The translations under genes and the position numbers were made by a program. A DNA stretch of 64,000 nt from an uncultured bacterium (GTDB taxonomy: Bacteria > Patescibacteriota > Dojkabacteria > SC72). Below the pieces are notes generated by a model. It was not told the origin of the DNA, searched no databases, and worked only from the letters and a program-made list of their open reading frames with translations. The stretch spans positions 58,875-122,874 of the forward strand of contig CAIVJR010000003.1 of NCBI GenBank assembly GCA_903906305.1. Direction: 5' to 3'. Shown here one piece after another: positions 1 through 9,904 of this stretch (its first letter is position 1; each line of letters starts with the position of its first letter).

Positions 1-3000
1 CCTCCAATGGGATGGACACAATATTCTGCACTTGATGGTTACTTTCCATATGGAGCTGCAGCATTTGGAACCGTGAATGGAGCTACAACACACAATCATG
101 CTATCGCTACGAAGACCTCTGGAGCCAGAATTGGTGCAGTAACCTGTGCAACCACAACCCCAACCACAAACAAACAAAGAGCACATACACATACCACACC
201 CGCAACAACTACTACTGATGTTTCTAACAATCCTCCATATATTGAAACCATATTCATACAAAAGAAAACCTCTCAATCCATAACCTTCAATGGAGAGGAA
301 ATGAAAAATGAGGCCCCAACAGCACCAACTGCACTTTACACAGAAGGTACGACAGACCCTAATAGAGTAATTGATTCAACCCCAGAATTCAGTGCAGTAT
401 TTAATGATCCTAATTCAATAGATTCTGCAAGTTACTATCAAATTCAAGTAAATACAGCTTCTGATTTTACTGGAACAATCATGTGGGATTCTACACAGAC
501 ATCACTTTCTCCAGAAGTTGCAACCGGTGTCAGATCGCAAGATATCTCATATGCGGGTTCTGCATTACAAGAAGGAGCAACATATTACTGGAGGATAATG
601 TTTTGGGATAATAATACGACGCAAGGAGTACTTTCAAGTCCATGGTCTGCAACCGCAGAATTTACAATGAATACAACACCAAACGCACCTACAGCCTTAC
701 TTACAGAAGGAGCAACCAATCCAAATAACGTGTCAGATCTTACTCCAGAATTTAGTGCAATATTTAGTGATCCTGATAGCACTGATACTGGGAATTTCTA
801 TCAAATAGAGGTTAATACCGCTTCAGATTTCACTGGTACTGTTATGTGGAATTCTACACAAACTGCATTAACACCTACGGTAGCAAATGGAGCAAGATCA
901 CAAGATATATCATATGCTGGTTCTGCACTACAAGAAGGAATTCTATACTATTGGAGGATAAGTTTCTGGGACAATGCTGGATCACAGAGTTCACTTTCAT
1001 CAACAGCACAATTCCTTATAAATACAGAACCAAATGCCCCTACAAGTCTACAAACAGAGGGTCTAACGAATCCAACAAACTTAACCGACTTCACGCCTGA
1101 TTTTAGTGCAATCTTTAGTGATCCAAATGCTTCAAATGTTGGAAGTCATTACCAGATAGAAGTAAGCTCAACCTCAGACTTCAGTGGAACCGCAATATGG
1201 GATTCTACTCAAACATCCTTAACACCAACAATAGTTAATGGAGCAAGATCACAGGATATCACATATGCAGGGCCTACTCTAAATGCATATTTTACTTACT
1301 ATTGGAGAATAAAATTCTGGGATAACCATGGTTTAGAAGGCGCATGGTCATCAACAGCTCAATTTAGTCTTGTTGTAACAACATGGCAAAATCCTAACTT
1401 ACAATACAAGATGCCTGTAATAGTAGCTAATACAACTGGTTCTACACTTACTAACGAAGATACTTTGATACAGGTAGATACAGCAACACTAATAGCTGCT
1501 GGAAAGATGCAGGCTGATTGTGATGATATTAGATTCTACGATGGAGATGATACTACTACTTTACAATATTGGGTGGAAGGGAAATGTAACACATCATCTA
1601 CACAGATATGGGTTAGAGTACCCTCTATACCAAATGGTGGAAAAACAATTTACATGTACTACGGAGATCCTACTGCAGTTAATGCAGCTCAATCATGGAG
1701 TGGAAATGTAATCATGTTTGCAGATGCTACATGTCCTACAGGATGGACGAGAGCAGCTGATTTAGATAACAAATTCCTTTACGGCGGAACTACATATGGG
1801 ACTACCGGAGGTGGTACAAGCCATACTCACAGTGATGCGATATGTACTTCTTCATCGATATCAACTACTAATATCGCAGGAACAATTGGAGGCGTATTAT
1901 CATCAACAACAATAACTCATACACATACAAGCTTAAGAGCTACACTACTTAGCGCTACTGTTGTTCCACCATATACAGGCATGGTGGCCTGTTACAGTAA
2001 TACCTTCCTCTTTTCTCAGGGATTGATTTCTATGTTCAATACAGATGCTCCTTCTGGATGGACGAGATTTTCAGCATTAGATAACAAATTCCCAGAGGCT
2101 ATGACTACATATGGATCCACAGGAGGAGCAAACACACATACTCATTCAACTACTACTGGATATACAACCGGAATAGCAAGTGCAACACAATCCGTAGCTC
2201 CTGTTTTTCAAGCTACTGGAGGAGCTATAACATACTCTGGTGGATATACTATACATACTTTTACCACAAGCGGAACATTTACACCTCCGGCCTCAAAAGC
2301 TGTCGACTTTTTGGTTGTTGGAGGTGGTGGAGCCGGAGGTTGGTCAACAGCTGACTGTCTTGGTGGTGGTGGTGGAGGAGGTGGTGGTGTACTATCTCAA
2401 TCAGGATATACTGTAAATGCACAGGCATACTCGATAACCGTCGGAGGACAAGGTGGAAGCTCAGTTTTCTCATCATTTACAGCAACTGGAGGAGGAGCCG
2501 GTGGAAACTACGGAGATGGGAATGGGTATGGAGGTGGAAGTGGAGGTGGAAGCATGGCAGCAAATAAAGCTCCAGGATCCGGAACTGCAGGGCAAGGAAA
2601 TGGTGGTGGATATGGATTTGGGGATATGGGATACACTTGTACAGGTGGTGGTGGTGGTGGTGGTGCCGGAGGAGGCGGTGGTGGTGCAGGAGGTTACAAC
2701 GCACCTGGTGGTGGTGGTGCAGGATTTACATCTAGCATTAGTGGTACAAGTCAAACCTATGCTGCAGGAGGAATGGGTGGTTATGCAAATGGAGGTGGTA
2801 CAAGTGCAAGTGGAGCAGCGAATACAGGAAACGGTGGAAATGGTGGAAATGGAATCGGTGGAGCCTATGGATCTGGCGGATCTGGAGTTGTAATAATCAG
2901 ATATCTTACCTCAACAGGTAGTGGTAATATGGCCTCAAGCACTCATACCCATCTTTCAGCTAGTGCAACTCCTTCAACAGTATCAAACCTTCCTCCATAT

Positions 3001-6000
3001 CTTGATATGGTATTTGCAAAAGCAAACACAGATCAATATGTAACTGGGAATAATATATTAATAACAAATGTAATACCTCCATTAGGATGGAATAGATTTA
3101 CTACGCTAGATAATAAATTTGCGAGAGGAGCTGTTACCTATGGTGGAAGTGGCGGTGCTACTACGCATGTTCATAGTACAAGTATAACTACTGGGGCTCC
3201 ATCTGCAACTATCGATGGAGGAGGAGCTGGGACAAACTATGCAGATTCCACACATACTCATTCCTGTGCAGTAGCCTCCGATACTGGCTCGAACATGCCA
3301 ACATACACAACCGTCATATATGCACAAAGAAAGACATCACAAACTACAACTTTTAGCTCAGAGCAATTAGGAAATATAGCTCCAAACGTTCCAACAAATC
3401 TTCTTACCGAAGGAACAACCAATCCAAGTGAGATAGAGGATACTACTCCAGAATTTAGTGCTATTTTCTCAGATCCTGATGTTACCGACTCAGGGATTGA
3501 ATACCAAATTCAAATAAATACAAACTCTAATTTTACTGGAGCTACAGTTTGGGATTCTAACCAAACAACTTTTACAACTGTAGCTAATGGAAACCGCTCT
3601 GAAGATATTTCATATTCAGGCCCAGCATTAAGTCCTTCATTCCCATACTACTGGAGAATTAGATTCTGGGACAACAGTGAGAAGGGAAGCAGAGTAAGTG
3701 AATGGTCATCAACAGCATCATTCTCCATAAAAACAACTACTTGGCAAATATTTGATGCTCCATACCGATTACCAATAATTGCAGCCAATACTTCAGGCTC
3801 AACACTTACTAATGAAGATGTGTTAGTTCAAATAGATACAGCTACCCTAATTGCAGCGGGGAAGATGCAAGCTGATTGTGATGATATTAGGTTCTACGAT
3901 GGTGATGATACTACTGCATTACAATATTGGGTGGAAGGAAAGTGTAATACTGATTCTACACAAATATGGGTTAGAGTTCCTTCATTACCAAATGGTGGAA
4001 AAACAATATATATGTACTATGGAGATCCAGCAGCTACAAATGGGGAAGAGGCATGGACAGGAAATGTAATCATGTTTGCAGATACTACATGTCCTACAGG
4101 ATGGACTAGGGCAGCAGATTTAGATAACAAATATCTTTACGGAGGAACTACATATGGAACCACTGGAGGAGGTACAAGTCATACTCACAGTGATGCAATA
4201 TGTACTTCTTCATCAATATCAACTACGAATATTGCTGGAACAATTGGAGGTGCACTCTCGGCTACAGCTACAACACATACACATACAAGTTTAAGAGCTA
4301 CATTACTCAGTGCTTCTGTAGTTCCTCCTTACACTGGTATGGTTGCTTGTTACAGTAATACATTCCTACTTTCCCAAGGACTAATCTCTATGTTTAACAC
4401 TACAACTCCATCTGGATGGACTAGATTCTCAGCATTGGATAGCAAGTTCCCAGAGGCTATGACTACATACGGATCTACAGGAGGAGCAGACACACATACT
4501 CATTCAACGACGACTGGATATACCACTGCTGGACCTAATGCTACTCAATCCGTAGCTCCTGCATTTCAAGTCACCGGAGGAACAATTAGTACATCAGGTT
4601 CATATACAATACATACGTTTACATCCAGTGGGACGCTTGGTGTTACAGGCTCTGGAACTGTGGATGTATTTGTAGTTGGCGGAGGTATTACTCCCGGAGG
4701 TACTACAGGAGGGAATGGTGGACAAGTTGTATACAATGCTTCATATTCTGTTTCCACCGGAGGTATTTCAGTTACAGTTGGAGGAGCAAATGCCAATTCT
4801 GCTTTTGGTGCTATTACAGCAACAGCAGGTGGGGGAGCTGCTGGTGGTGCAGGAGGAAATGGAGGTTCACGTAGATACGGTTTACCCGGAGCAGATGGAA
4901 CTCTCTCACCAATAGATGGCCTTTATTATGGTGGTGGTGGTGGTGGTGGTGCAGATGGAGATGGAGAATGGTGGGGCGGAGCAGGAGGAAATCGGGGTGG
5001 GGGCTCAGGGGGAAATCTTTTTTGGTATGAACCATGGAGTAAATTTGTTCCTGTCGCTGGGTCAGCTGGAACCGCTAATACTGGTGGCGGTGGTGGTGCC
5101 GGTGCATATCAAAGTTATTATGGACAAGCTGGTGGCGGAGCGGGAGGATCTGGCATTGTAGTAGTTAGATACCTAACAGTACAATCAGGAAGTGGAAGTA
5201 TGGCATCAAGTACACATACCCATACTTCAACAAGTTCGACTCCTTCTACAGTATCAAATCTACCCCCATATTTAGATATGGTATTCGCCAAAGCAAACAC
5301 AGACCAATATGTAACTGGGAATAATGTATTAATAACCTCCGTACTACCTCCTTTAGGGTGGGGTAGATTTACACCATTAGACAGCAAATTCACAAGAGGA
5401 TCCGCAACATATGGAACATCAGGTGGATCTACAACACACGTACATAGTACAAGTATAACAACAGGGGCTCCATCAGCCACGATTGATGGAGGTGGAACTG
5501 GAACAAACTACGCAGATGCCACACATACACATTCCTGTTCTGTAGCATCAGACACTGGATCAAACATGCCCCCATATACAACAGTCATATATGCTCAAAG
5601 AAAAACTTCACAAACAACAACTCCGGGAATAGAACAGATCGGAAATATAAAACCAGACAATCCTTCCGCTCTACTTGTAGAAGGATTATCCAATCCATTA
5701 AATGTAACAGATACTACACCTGAGTTCTCAGCAATATATACCGATGGAAATGTTGCCGATGTTGCTCGATACTATCAAATTCAAGTCAATACAACCTCTG
5801 ATTTTACTGGAACAACAAAATGGGACTCTACAAAAACAGAATATACCCCAGTTGTAACCAACGGGAATAGATCCCAAGACATATCATACGCAGGAACCTC
5901 TTTAGATGCAGGCACAACATACTACTGTAGAATTAAGTTTTGGGATAATAGCAGTTTCGGCGAAAAAGAGAGTGATTGGTCAGCTATCAATTCATTCATA

Positions 6001-6405
6001 ATGCAAGCGCCACCCAATACACCAACGGCACTCCAGACCAACAATATGGTTAATCCAACCGTATTAACTAAATCTCCTCCATCATTTACAGCATTGTACT
6101 CAGATGTAAATGAGGACAATGCTTCTGCCTACCAAATAGAAGTAAATACAAGTCCACTCTTTAACGGAACAGTAATGTGGGATTCTGGAAAGGTCGCTAC
6201 TACAATCGTAAGTGGGCAAAGATCTCCATCATATGAATACAATGGAACGCAATTAACAAACACTAATGCAACCCTTTACTGGCATATTAAATTCTGGGAT
6301 ACCATAGATGCTCCAAGTGAATGGTCTAATGTAGCACAATTCCAAGATACAGTAACACATACATATTATGAAGGATTGAAGCTAAATGGCCTAAAACTCG
6401 ATTAA
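1..6405 (+). CDS. Giant repetitive surface protein (5'-truncated): 6 Ig/FnIII-like repeats, 2 DUF2341-like domains, 7 tail-collar-like HxH repeats, 2 Gly-rich domains
   Basis: Frame is open from base 1 (PPMGW matches the internal PPLGW repeats), so the gene probably starts upstream of the window. Repeats 'PxxPTxLxxEGxxNP...TPEFSA...YQIQV...WDS...YYWRIxFWD'; DUF2341-like 'DCDDIRFYDGD...LQYWVE...IWVRVP...IYMYYG'; Gly-rich 'YTIHTFT...GGSGxVxxRY'. Confidence 0.85.
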   Translation, partial: PPMGWTQYSALDGYFPYGAAAFGTVNGATTHNHAIATKTSGARIGAVTCATTTPTTNKQRAHTHTTPATTTTDVSNNPPYIETIFIQKKTSQSITFNGEEMKNEAPTAPTALYTEGTTDPNRVIDSTPEFSAVFNDPNSIDSASYYQIQVNTASDFTGTIMWDSTQTSLSPEVATGVRSQDISYAGSALQEGATYYWRIMFWDNNTTQGVLSSPWSATAEFTMNTTPNAPTALLTEGATNPNNVSDLTPEFSAIFSDPDSTDTGNFYQIEVNTASDFTGTVMWNSTQTALTPTVANGARSQDISYAGSALQEGILYYWRISFWDNAGSQSSLSSTAQFLINTEPNAPTSLQTEGLTNPTNLTDFTPDFSAIFSDPNASNVGSHYQIEVSSTSDFSGTAIWDSTQTSLTPTIVNGARSQDITYAGPTLNAYFTYYWRIKFWDNHGLEGAWSSTAQFSLVVTTWQNPNLQYKMPVIVANTTGSTLTNEDTLIQVDTATLIAAGKMQADCDDIRFYDGDDTTTLQYWVEGKCNTSSTQIWVRVPSIPNGGKTIYMYYGDPTAVNAAQSWSGNVIMFADATCPTGWTRAADLDNKFLYGGTTYGTTGGGTSHTHSDAICTSSSISTTNIAGTIGGVLSSTTITHTHTSLRATLLSATVVPPYTGMVACYSNTFLFSQGLISMFNTDAPSGWTRFSALDNKFPEAMTTYGSTGGANTHTHSTTTGYTTGIASATQSVAPVFQATGGAITYSGGYTIHTFTTSGTFTPPASKAVDFLVVGGGGAGGWSTADCLGGGGGGGGGVLSQSGYTVNAQAYSITVGGQGGSSVFSSFTATGGGAGGNYGDGNGYGGGSGGGSMAANKAPGSGTAGQGNGGGYGFGDMGYTCTGGGGGGGAGGGGGGAGGYNAPGGGGAGFTSSISGTSQTYAAGGMGGYANGGGTSASGAANTGNGGNGGNGIGGAYGSGGSGVVIIRYLTSTGSGNMASSTHTHLSASATPSTVSNLPPYLDMVFAKANTDQYVTGNNILITNVIPPLGWNRFTTLDNKFARGAVTYGGSGGATTHVHSTSITTGAPSATIDGGGAGTNYADSTHTHSCAVASDTGSNMPTYTTVIYAQRKTSQTTTFSSEQLGNIAPNVPTNLLTEGTTNPSEIEDTTPEFSAIFSDPDVTDSGIEYQIQINTNSNFTGATVWDSNQTTFTTVANGNRSEDISYSGPALSPSFPYYWRIRFWDNSEKGSRVSEWSSTASFSIKTTTWQIFDAPYRLPIIAANTSGSTLTNEDVLVQIDTATLIAAGKMQADCDDIRFYDGDDTTALQYWVEGKCNTDSTQIWVRVPSLPNGGKTIYMYYGDPAATNGEEAWTGNVIMFADTTCPTGWTRAADLDNKYLYGGTTYGTTGGGTSHTHSDAICTSSSISTTNIAGTIGGALSATATTHTHTSLRATLLSASVVPPYTGMVACYSNTFLLSQGLISMFNTTTPSGWTRFSALDSKFPEAMTTYGSTGGADTHTHSTTTGYTTAGPNATQSVAPAFQVTGGTISTSGSYTIHTFTSSGTLGVTGSGTVDVFVVGGGITPGGTTGGNGGQVVYNASYSVSTGGISVTVGGANANSAFGAITATAGGGAAGGAGGNGGSRRYGLPGADGTLSPIDGLYYGGGGGGGADGDGEWWGGAGGNRGGGSGGNLFWYEPWSKFVPVAGSAGTANTGGGGGAGAYQSYYGQAGGGAGGSGIVVVRYLTVQSGSGSMASSTHTHTSTSSTPSTVSNLPPYLDMVFAKANTDQYVTGNNVLITSVLPPLGWGRFTPLDSKFTRGSATYGTSGGSTTHVHSTSITTGAPSATIDGGGTGTNYADATHTHSCSVASDTGSNMPPYTTVIYAQRKTSQTTTPGIEQIGNIKPDNPSALLVEGLSNPLNVTDTTPEFSAIYTDGNVADVARYYQIQVNTTSDFTGTTKWDSTKTEYTPVVTNGNRSQDISYAGTSLDAGTTYYCRIKFWDNSSFGEKESDWSAINSFIMQAPPNTPTALQTNNMVNPTVLTKSPPSFTALYSDVNEDNASAYQIEVNTSPLFNGTVMWDSGKVATTIVSGQRSPSYEYNGTQLTNTNATLYWHIKFWDTIDAPSEWSNVAQFQDTVTHTYYEGLKLNGLKLD
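1405..5620 (+). repeat. Intragenic duplication: about 1405-2202 vs 3766-4561, and about 2925-3345 vs 5195-5620; the intervening Gly-rich segments are divergent
   Basis: Long near-identical stretches, e.g. 'ggaaatgtaatcatgtttgcagat', 'caatccgtagctcctg' and 'aaagcaaacacaga(t/c)caatatgtaactgggaataat' each occur twice. Boundaries are approximate. Confidence 0.85.
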
Positions 6406-6424
6406 TTGTAGTATAATACATGCC

Positions 6425-7183
6425 ATGAGTTTAAAAATAGAGTCATTCAAAAAAATAAGAAAAGATAAAAAGAAGTGGAAAGTCGAAACTCCTGAAGAAT
6501 TCGAGGAGCGAGAAGATACATTTCTTAAAAAACGATTACTAGGTAAAGAGCCTACAATTAACACATTTGTACGAATAACGGGTGGCAAAGCTAAAAACTA
6601 TAGAATCGATATACCTAAGACAACAAGACCACTAACTGACAGAATGAAAGTGAGAATCTTCGATATATTAAGAGAAGATGTAGTAAACAAAAAAGTCTTA
6701 GATCTCTATGCAGGAGCAGGCTCATTTGCCCTAGAAGCACTCTCAAGAGGAGCAAGTGAAGCAACAGTAGTAGATGCATCTAAAAATGCAGAATTTGTAC
6801 TCAAAAGAAATGTCGCATACACAGGTTTCTTACCACAAGTAGATATCATTAAAGCTAAGGCTGAAGAATATCTCTTTAAACAAATCAACGATGAAGAAAG
6901 ACAGTCATTTGATATCGTCTTCATGGATCCCCCATACAAACTTTACAACACAAAGAACCTTTTCAAAATGGAAAGAGTTATAAATATGGCAGCACAAATG
7001 TTAAATGGTGTTATGGACCCACAAACGAAGGAATTTAAAGGTACACTCATAGTCAAACATCCAAGAAGATACCCATTAGAAAAATTAACACTAGTTGGGA
7101 TAAAGAAATTAGAAACAGTAGAAATTGGACTAAATTCAATTTCATTCTTCATAGTAGATAACACATTGCAAAAAGAAAGCTAA
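6425..7183 (+). CDS. rsmD: RsmD-family 16S rRNA (guanine-N2) methyltransferase with N-terminal extension
   Basis: RITGG...RP...DR, VLDLYAGAGSFALEALSRGA and FMDPPY motifs. Confidence 0.85.
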   Translation: MSLKIESFKKIRKDKKKWKVETPEEFEEREDTFLKKRLLGKEPTINTFVRITGGKAKNYRIDIPKTTRPLTDRMKVRIFDILREDVVNKKVLDLYAGAGSFALEALSRGASEATVVDASKNAEFVLKRNVAYTGFLPQVDIIKAKAEEYLFKQINDEERQSFDIVFMDPPYKLYNTKNLFKMERVINMAAQMLNGVMDPQTKEFKGTLIVKHPRRYPLEKLTLVGIKKLETVEIGLNSISFFIVDNTLQKES

Positions 7184-7194
7184 AAATATAGAAT
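7166..7194 (+). promoter_or_regulatory. Sigma70-type promoter upstream of the thrS leader ORF
   Basis: TTGCAA (7166-7171), 17-nt spacer, TAGAAT (7189-7194), then 6 nt to an ATG at 7201. Confidence 0.55.
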
Positions 7195-7200
7195 AACAAT

Positions 7201-7269
7201 ATGTACAAAATATACGGAATCAATAAAAACATCCTCTGCCGAATCGTTTATACCACACGAACCTTTTAA
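7201..7269 (+). CDS. Putative leaderless leader peptide of thrS (MYKIYGINKNILCRIVYTTRTF)
   Basis: ATG 6 nt after a -10 box, the same geometry as many other genes here; ACC-ACA-CGA-ACC (T-T-R-T) near the C-terminus; lies directly upstream of thrS. Confidence 0.4.
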   Translation: MYKIYGINKNILCRIVYTTRTF

Positions 7270-7333
7270 AAATGTCGCTTGTACTTTTTCCCAAAAGAAA
7301 AACCCTTTAAATTAAGATATACTAAACATAGAT

Positions 7334-9100
7334 ATGAATAAGGAAAATATTGAAAAATTAGAAAGAATGAGGCATTCAGCCTCCCATGTATTAGCTCAGG
7401 CCGTTTTGAAACTATATCCTGATGCAAAATTAGGCATTGGCCCCGCAATAGATAACGGTTTCTACTATGATTTTGAATTCTCCGAGCCAATAACAGAAGA
7501 AGATCTCCCAGCAATAGAAAAGGAGATGAAAAATATAATCAAACAAAATCTTCCAATCGTCCAGGTCTTTATGAAGCGAAAAGAAGGTGTAGATTACCTT
7601 ACAAAAACTGGTCAAACCTACAAATTAGAATTACTTGAAGATATTCCTGACGAAGATTTAAGCTTCTTCATAACTGGAGAAAATGAATACGCAGACCTCT
7701 GTAGAGGACCACATATTGAAAGCACAAAGCAGATTGGTGTTGTGAAGCTATTAAAAACCGCTGGTGCATATTGGAGAGGTGATGAAAAGAAAAAAATGTT
7801 AACCAGAATATATGGAACCGCATTTGAAACTAAAGAAGAGCTCAAAGCATTCTTAGAATTACAGGCAGAATCAGAGCGAAGAAATCATAGAACACTTGGA
7901 AAACAGTTAAAGCTGTTTGCAATAATTCCTGAAATAGGACAAGGCCTACCAGTATGGTTACCAAGAGGATACAGAATGAGAAGAATTCTTGAAGAATATA
8001 TGTTGGATCTTGAAAGAGATGCAGGATATGAGCATATCTTAACTCCACATATTAATAGAGAAGAGCTTTTCAAAATATCCGGTCACCTTGGTTTCTACAA
8101 AGATTCTATGTATCCACCAATTGATATTGATGGCGAAAGATACTATCTAAAACCAATGAATTGTCCTGCAGGCATAATGGTCTACAAACTAGAGCCAAAG
8201 AGCTACAGAGATTTGCCATACAAGCTTGGCGAGTTTGGAACAGTATATAGATATGAGAAATCAGGCGAATTACATGGATTACAAAGAGTAAGAGGATTTA
8301 CACAAAATGATGCGCATATCTTCTGCACAGAAGAACAGTTAGAAAGCTCAATTGATGAGATTTTAGATCTTTTAGATACCTTCTACAAAGATGTTGGATT
8401 TGATAAATACAAATTTAGACTCTCTATTTCTGATTGGGATAAGAAAAAAGATCATTATGCTGGAGATCAAGCAAAATGGATATTAGCTGAAGAAACTTTA
8501 AGAAAAGTTTTAAAGAATAGAGGACTTGAATACGAAGAAATAGCTGGAGAAGCTGCATTCTACGGACCAAAGATTGACGTACAAGCTTACAATGTCTTTG
8601 GAAAAGAAGATTCCGTTTCCACCATACAGTTGGATTTCAATCTCCCTGAAAGATTTGATATTAAATATATAGATGAAAACGGAGAAGAGAAACAACCATA
8701 TATGATTCATAGAGCATTGCTAGGATCCTTTGAAAGATTCTTCTCATTCCTCATTGAACATCATGGTGGAGACTTCCCACTCTGGTTTACACCAGAGCAG
8801 GTATATGTCATTCCTATCTCTGAAAAGCATAGAGAATATTCTGACAATGTATACAAAGATCTTAAGAATGCAAAACTTAGAGTAAAACTAGATGACAGGA
8901 ACAAAAGTATGCAATCCAAGATTAGAGATGCAGAAAAGATGAAGATCCCTTACATCGTAATCATTGGAGACAAAGAGATGGAAACTGAGACAATATCAAT
9001 CCGAACCAGAAAAACTAAAGACCAAGGATTGATGAAGGTTCAAGAATTCATAGATACCCTTAAGGAAGAAATCCGAACGAAGGGTAATCCCACAAATTAA
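7334..9100 (+). CDS. thrS: Threonine--tRNA ligase (lacks the N-terminal TGS domain)
   Basis: RHSASHVLAQA, DLCRGPH, LKPMNCP, RVRGFTQNDAH, FYGPKID and MIHRALLGSFERF. Confidence 0.98.
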   Translation: MNKENIEKLERMRHSASHVLAQAVLKLYPDAKLGIGPAIDNGFYYDFEFSEPITEEDLPAIEKEMKNIIKQNLPIVQVFMKRKEGVDYLTKTGQTYKLELLEDIPDEDLSFFITGENEYADLCRGPHIESTKQIGVVKLLKTAGAYWRGDEKKKMLTRIYGTAFETKEELKAFLELQAESERRNHRTLGKQLKLFAIIPEIGQGLPVWLPRGYRMRRILEEYMLDLERDAGYEHILTPHINREELFKISGHLGFYKDSMYPPIDIDGERYYLKPMNCPAGIMVYKLEPKSYRDLPYKLGEFGTVYRYEKSGELHGLQRVRGFTQNDAHIFCTEEQLESSIDEILDLLDTFYKDVGFDKYKFRLSISDWDKKKDHYAGDQAKWILAEETLRKVLKNRGLEYEEIAGEAAFYGPKIDVQAYNVFGKEDSVSTIQLDFNLPERFDIKYIDENGEEKQPYMIHRALLGSFERFFSFLIEHHGGDFPLWFTPEQVYVIPISEKHREYSDNVYKDLKNAKLRVKLDDRNKSMQSKIRDAEKMKIPYIVIIGDKEMETETISIRTRKTKDQGLMKVQEFIDTLKEEIRTKGNPTN

Positions 9101-9130
9101 TATATTTAAATTTAAAAATACAAAAATTTA

Positions 9131-9724
9131 ATGGGATATAGTGAGAACAATAACAGTAATTACAATAAAGGACAGTTCGTTAAGAAGGATTTAGGTCCTA
9201 GAAAGAACGAATGGATCCGAGTACCTGAGGTACAATTAATCGGTGCTGAAGGAGAAAACTTAGGAGTGGTAGAAACTCCAAAAGCAATGATATTAGCACA
9301 AGAGGCAGGTTTAGATCTAGTAGAGGTAGGCGCAACTGCAAAACCACCTGTATGCAAAATTATGGATTTCTCCAAGTTTGTATACCAACAAAACAAGAAG
9401 AAAAAGGCAACATTAGTGAGCTCAAAGATGAAAGAACAGAAGGAATTTAGATTTACACCAGTCATGGATATTGGAGATACAAGCCACAGAATCAAGCGAG
9501 CACAAGAATTTTTAGAGAAAGGACACCCAGTTAAGCTCACAATGGTCAAGAAAGGGAGACAATCCAAGGAAATAGCTCAATCAGTTTTTGCTGAAATATT
9601 GACTAATTTCGCAGATTATAGTAGTATCGAAGCCGAACCAAAGATGGAGAATAACCGTATATCTTTAACATTCAGACAAAATGGCAAGACAAAAAACAAA
9701 CAAAACAGCGAAGAAGAGAATTAG
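9131..9724 (+). CDS. infC: Translation initiation factor IF-3
   Basis: NEWIRVPEVQLI, GLDLVEV and PPVCKIMDFSKF; thrS-infC-rpmI-rplT synteny. Confidence 0.95.
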   Translation: MGYSENNNSNYNKGQFVKKDLGPRKNEWIRVPEVQLIGAEGENLGVVETPKAMILAQEAGLDLVEVGATAKPPVCKIMDFSKFVYQQNKKKKATLVSSKMKEQKEFRFTPVMDIGDTSHRIKRAQEFLEKGHPVKLTMVKKGRQSKEIAQSVFAEILTNFADYSSIEAEPKMENNRISLTFRQNGKTKNKQNSEEEN

Positions 9725-9893
9725 GCTATCTAACCCAAGAGGGAACAGACCAGCTAAACTTAGATACAAACAGAGTTGCCAAGGTCACTTAAAGACTAAA
9801 AGGTCCTCTAGATCTAAGAGAAGACAGAAATCAAATGCAATCATAACTGGTGCAAATGAGAAGAAAATGATTCGAAAAGTAATTAATCTGTAG
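9681..9893 (+). CDS. rpmI: 50S ribosomal protein L35
   Basis: KTNKTAKKR and HLKTKRS...KRR; position between infC and rplT. Confidence 0.85.
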   Translation: MARQKTNKTAKKRIRLSNPRGNRPAKLRYKQSCQGHLKTKRSSRSKRRQKSNAIITGANEKKMIRKVINL

Positions 9894-9904
9894 AAATATA
9901 AGTC

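Noticed and set aside
2644-4950. (GGT)7 tracts at 2644-2664 and 4930-4950 as phase-variation switches
   Set aside because: Triplet units cannot shift the frame; they simply encode poly-Gly.
2279-5161. His-rich, Val-rich and Thr-rich alternative-frame ORFs (e.g. 2477-2704, 2453-2893, 4814-5035)
   Set aside because: They are shadows of the GGT/GGA glycine codons of the giant protein.
1405-5620. Duplicated segments as a DGR template/variable repeat pair
   Set aside because: Both copies are coding, differences look mostly synonymous and not adenine-specific, and there is no reverse transcriptase in the window.
1-6405. Prophage tail gene
   Set aside because: No other phage genes nearby within the window; it is followed by housekeeping genes and interleaved with Ig-like and DUF2341-like cellular domains. 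The upstream context is not visible.
7184-7333. T-box riboswitch before thrS
   Set aside because: Too short, and no TGGNACC T-box sequence or terminator.
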